Origin: Tubiluchus corallicola
Taxonomy: Eukaryota; Animalia; Priapulida
Assembly: GCA_030141605.1 (NCBI GenBank)
Contig: JAQGDQ010002367.1
Location: forward strand, 620,001 to 684,000
Direction: 5' to 3'
DNA length: 64,000 nucleotides
Part shown: positions 60,704-64,000 of the stretch, piece by piece
How the letters are laid out: every line of letters begins with the position of its first letter
Position numbering within the stretch: the first letter of the stretch is position 1
Position numbers and translations under genes: made by a program
The notes under the pieces: generated by a model
Told to the model about the DNA's origin: nothing
The model's input: only the letters and a program-made list of their open reading frames with translations
Databases searched by the model: none

Positions 60704-63267
60704 CTTTAAGCTAAAATGGCAAGTCTCAGGAGAGCTCTTTTATGTTTTAACAACCTGCCTGCCAATTTTGTGGATATTGCCTACTGTTTTTTCTTCTGTG
60801 TTGTCTAGTACTTGAGAACCACTGTCTTCACCAAATAGAAATAATCTTAAGTTCAGCAGGACTGTGCTCAGTGAAAATTTAATTGCAACTCTTTATTTTC
60901 CAAGATTTTCAACAAAGCACTTCGACTCGGCATGCAAAAGTTTTTTTCAATGTATGCTATGCTAGAAAGGCAAAAAATATCATTTTTAAATGATGAAGAA
61001 AATAAAAATTTATTGATTTCAAATTATGCAATGTATTTGTTTCAGTTTTACAGGTAACTGTGTTTCTCACAATGTAGTTTTAAAACTATTAAATCTGGAC
61101 TAGTATGATTATCAGCACCAATGTAATAATAGCGCTACCACTGCCTGTTCAGCAAAAGTTACTGTATGGATTAAACTTGACTAAAGTTCAATGGCAGCAG
61201 CTAAAGTAGTTATATAATGTATATATTATTATAATTATATATATATTAATATAATGTAACATAAAAGTTCTAAAGATTTCCAAACACTTCACAATAAAAT
61301 GTAGATACCAACTGACACATTTTAATAAGCTTGTAATTATTACAAAAGGGAAAGTAGTTTAGAAACAGTTTTTATCAATTGAATCACTAAGCTTTAAATG
61401 ACTATGATTAAATGTGGTTAAGTTATATAATTCTGTACTAACTTCATAATAAAAACTGAAACATGATAAAATCATTGCAGTCTGCTAAGTTTAAAATAAC
61501 TATGTAGAAATACCAGTACTGATCCTATAAAGTTATAATCTGCATTGTAATACAAATAAACTCTAACAAAAATTCCTTAAATACCTAGTGACAGTCTCAC
61601 GTGTCCCTAAATCTTTTCATTATAAACGTATATCAAGGCCAGTTTTGTTCTGTTCAATCGATTTTCGATCATAAGCTGTATTTAGACTAAGGTGCAGTAA
61701 AAGCCGTGCATTAGGTAAAGGTATACTTAATAAATTCTATGTATTATAAAGGTATCATCTGTTAATCAATTTTTTTTACTAATGATCTCTTCGAAGTGTT
61801 TCATTTGTCTTCACACACCATAATTAATCCTTGCCAGATGGAGAAATTTGACAATAATGCTTGTTTATGACTGCAAGATTTGAAAACCATTGGTTGGGTC
61901 TTCATTTTCAAAAAGTCAGTACTCAAGTTATTGGTCCAAGAAAAATCTTAACAAAAATCAAATATTAGTTATATACGTGTATGTGGTTACATGCAACAAG
62001 GTGATTAGGTTTTTTTCTGATCTGAACAACACAGGCACATGCTGCCTATCAAGTATCATCCAATCACTTATGTCACTATTCAGTTCATTAAAATTTGGGT
62101 TCTCCACAAATGACAATGTGATTGTCAACATTATTGAGTGCCATTTAAAAACTGTAGAACCACACAGAATGAGTTGTTTATTGTAACAAGTTCTACAGTT
62201 TCAACATAAGAAAAAACTTCTAGCACGTAATGAGGTACATGTATAGTACAGGAACACTTAACTTGTATATATATATATATATATTCTTCTACTCATCACA
62301 GATGACATGGTAGTTACAGATATCAGAGAAACTATGCTTGGCAATATGGCAGTGTGAATAGGCAAATTATAGTATGCCGAAAAATGTGGAGCTATGCTAA
62401 AAACAAAAGACCACAAAAATGTAACAGATGTAGTAGAACATTGAATTTGGAAACTGTACTAAGCAGACTGAAATGTACATACCTAGGTTATGTTAAGTAA
62501 ATATATATATATAACCTATTCATCTGGCAGTTGATGTGATAGTCATTATAAATGCACACACTGCAATTTATCAAGTTAACTTTACTTCCATGATCCTAGA
62601 AAAAACCACTTTCTGGGAATTAATTTAGGTAATATTCAGCAATTTGGCATTACAGATATCACCAGTACAGGGCACACTGAACAGAACATACAGAAAAAAG
62701 CATTATCGTACATGACAAGTTTTGACAATAAATAGATAAAATAATTTTACACACGATATTCTGGCTTGAGTACAGGATTACCTACCTTCCTTGAAATGAA
62801 TTAGAACAAATAGACAGACCCAAAAAAGAATTGACATGTTTCCTAACCATTCATTACAAGAGGTAATTGTATCCATCACTGCTTAAGAAATAATTCCTTG
62901 CATTGGGTGCAGTTATGTAAGTGCATTACGTGTACTTGTGTTGGCTCTGAGCCAAAACTAACAACACAGGTAACTAAAATTGACAAATGAAATTACTGCT
63001 GATATCCTGCATTTATTCCAAGCTCTCAGCTAATGATATCAAGTTCTGTTTCATTCAAAGACTTTACTGGTCAAAGAACTTACTGAAAAACAGAGATCAT
63101 AGAATACAGCTACTGATACTGATTAACCGAACTGATTAGCTTACAGGATACATTCTTCGTGTTCCATCTTCACATAGCTGTAGCAATGAAAACAGGAAAA
63201 AAATTTTGTTGCAACTGGGCCTTATGGCCTTTAATTTGCACTACATTCACGACGGTAACATTTTTGA

Positions 63268-63991
63268 CTATACTTGGTCTTCAAACAGCTCATTTAAATC
63301 TCCTATAGTCAGGGTGTTATAATCAGTATCAATGCTGATTGGAACTGTGGACGTAGAAGATACTGCATGCATCATATTATGCATCTTCTCTTCAATCGTG
63401 TTTCTAACCAAAAACTTATGAACATAAGTTTTCTGAGTTTGGCCAATTCTGTGAACTCTGCCAATGGCCTGCACTTCATTAGCTGGATTAAGAACAGGCT
63501 CAGTAATTAAAACATGAGCAGCTTCTATTAAATTTAAGCCTTTTGCACCTGAATGAATGGGCAGTAGCAGTGCCTTCACGCTCGGATCCTGTTTGAAAGC
63601 AGTGAGATTTTCTTCATATTTGTTATGAGCATGTAGCAATCGATAGCTGATCTTATTCTCATCTAAAGCATCTGCGATAATATTCAACACATCAGCCCAG
63701 GTGGAAAAAATAAGTGATTTAGCAGTGACATCTTCTCGTTGGATGTTTAATAAGCATCTCACTATGGCTTCTACTTTAGTAGAATGACTGCCTTGTATTG
63801 GACTACTATCTTTGTCGAACCGACTTGTACTTACATAAGATATATCTGTCAGCTGTGTTATATTACGACAGACTGCACATTTGGTCGTACGGTGGCGCCC
63901 ACCAAAACTGTACCGCTCGGCCATTATTTTAATGCAGTCAAGACAAAAGCAGTGGCCACACACCAAAACACTCCATTCAACACCCAAAGCT
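63268..63991 (-). CDS. SHPRH: E3 ubiquitin ligase / SNF2 helicase SHPRH, terminal exon (partial gene)
   Basis: RING (CGHCFCLDC...CAVCR), GSHSTKVEAIVRCL, KSLIFSTWADVL, LLLPIHSGAKGLNLIEAAHV..EPVLNPANEVQAIGRVHRIGQTQKTYVHKFLVRNTIEE; acceptor ag at 63993-63992. Confidence 0.92.
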
Positions 63992-64000
63992 CTGTAACAG

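Overview
AT-rich, intron- and repeat-rich genomic DNA from an invertebrate animal (taxon not determinable from sequence alone); no prokaryotic systems, rRNA or CRISPR. I reconstructed eight protein-coding genes by hand using GT-AG junctions and consistent phases: a PLP-dependent serine/aspartate racemase-family enzyme (+, 9 coding exons, 329 aa), a GT49 B4GAT1-like glycosyltransferase (-), a secreted/surface LRR protein (-), a CAP/SCP (CRISP/venom-allergen-like) protein with an acidic tail (+), a tetraspanin (-), mitochondrial Era GTPase ERAL1 (-), an intronless TRMT11 (+) and the last exon of SHPRH (-). Introns carry a decayed BEL/Pao LTR retrotransposon, several MITEs, MetaSINE-like SINEs, mini- and microsatellites. 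Most notable: (1) the racemase has the triple-serine loop typical of animal aspartate racemases but a Cys at the catalytic re-face Ser position (SCGNH instead of SSGNH); (2) a ~210-bp inverted repeat just downstream of TRMT11 carries a minimal hammerhead-ribozyme-like core and an AATAAA in each arm; (3) a homogeneous 81-bp array in an ERAL1 intron has C/D-box-like motifs on the host strand.
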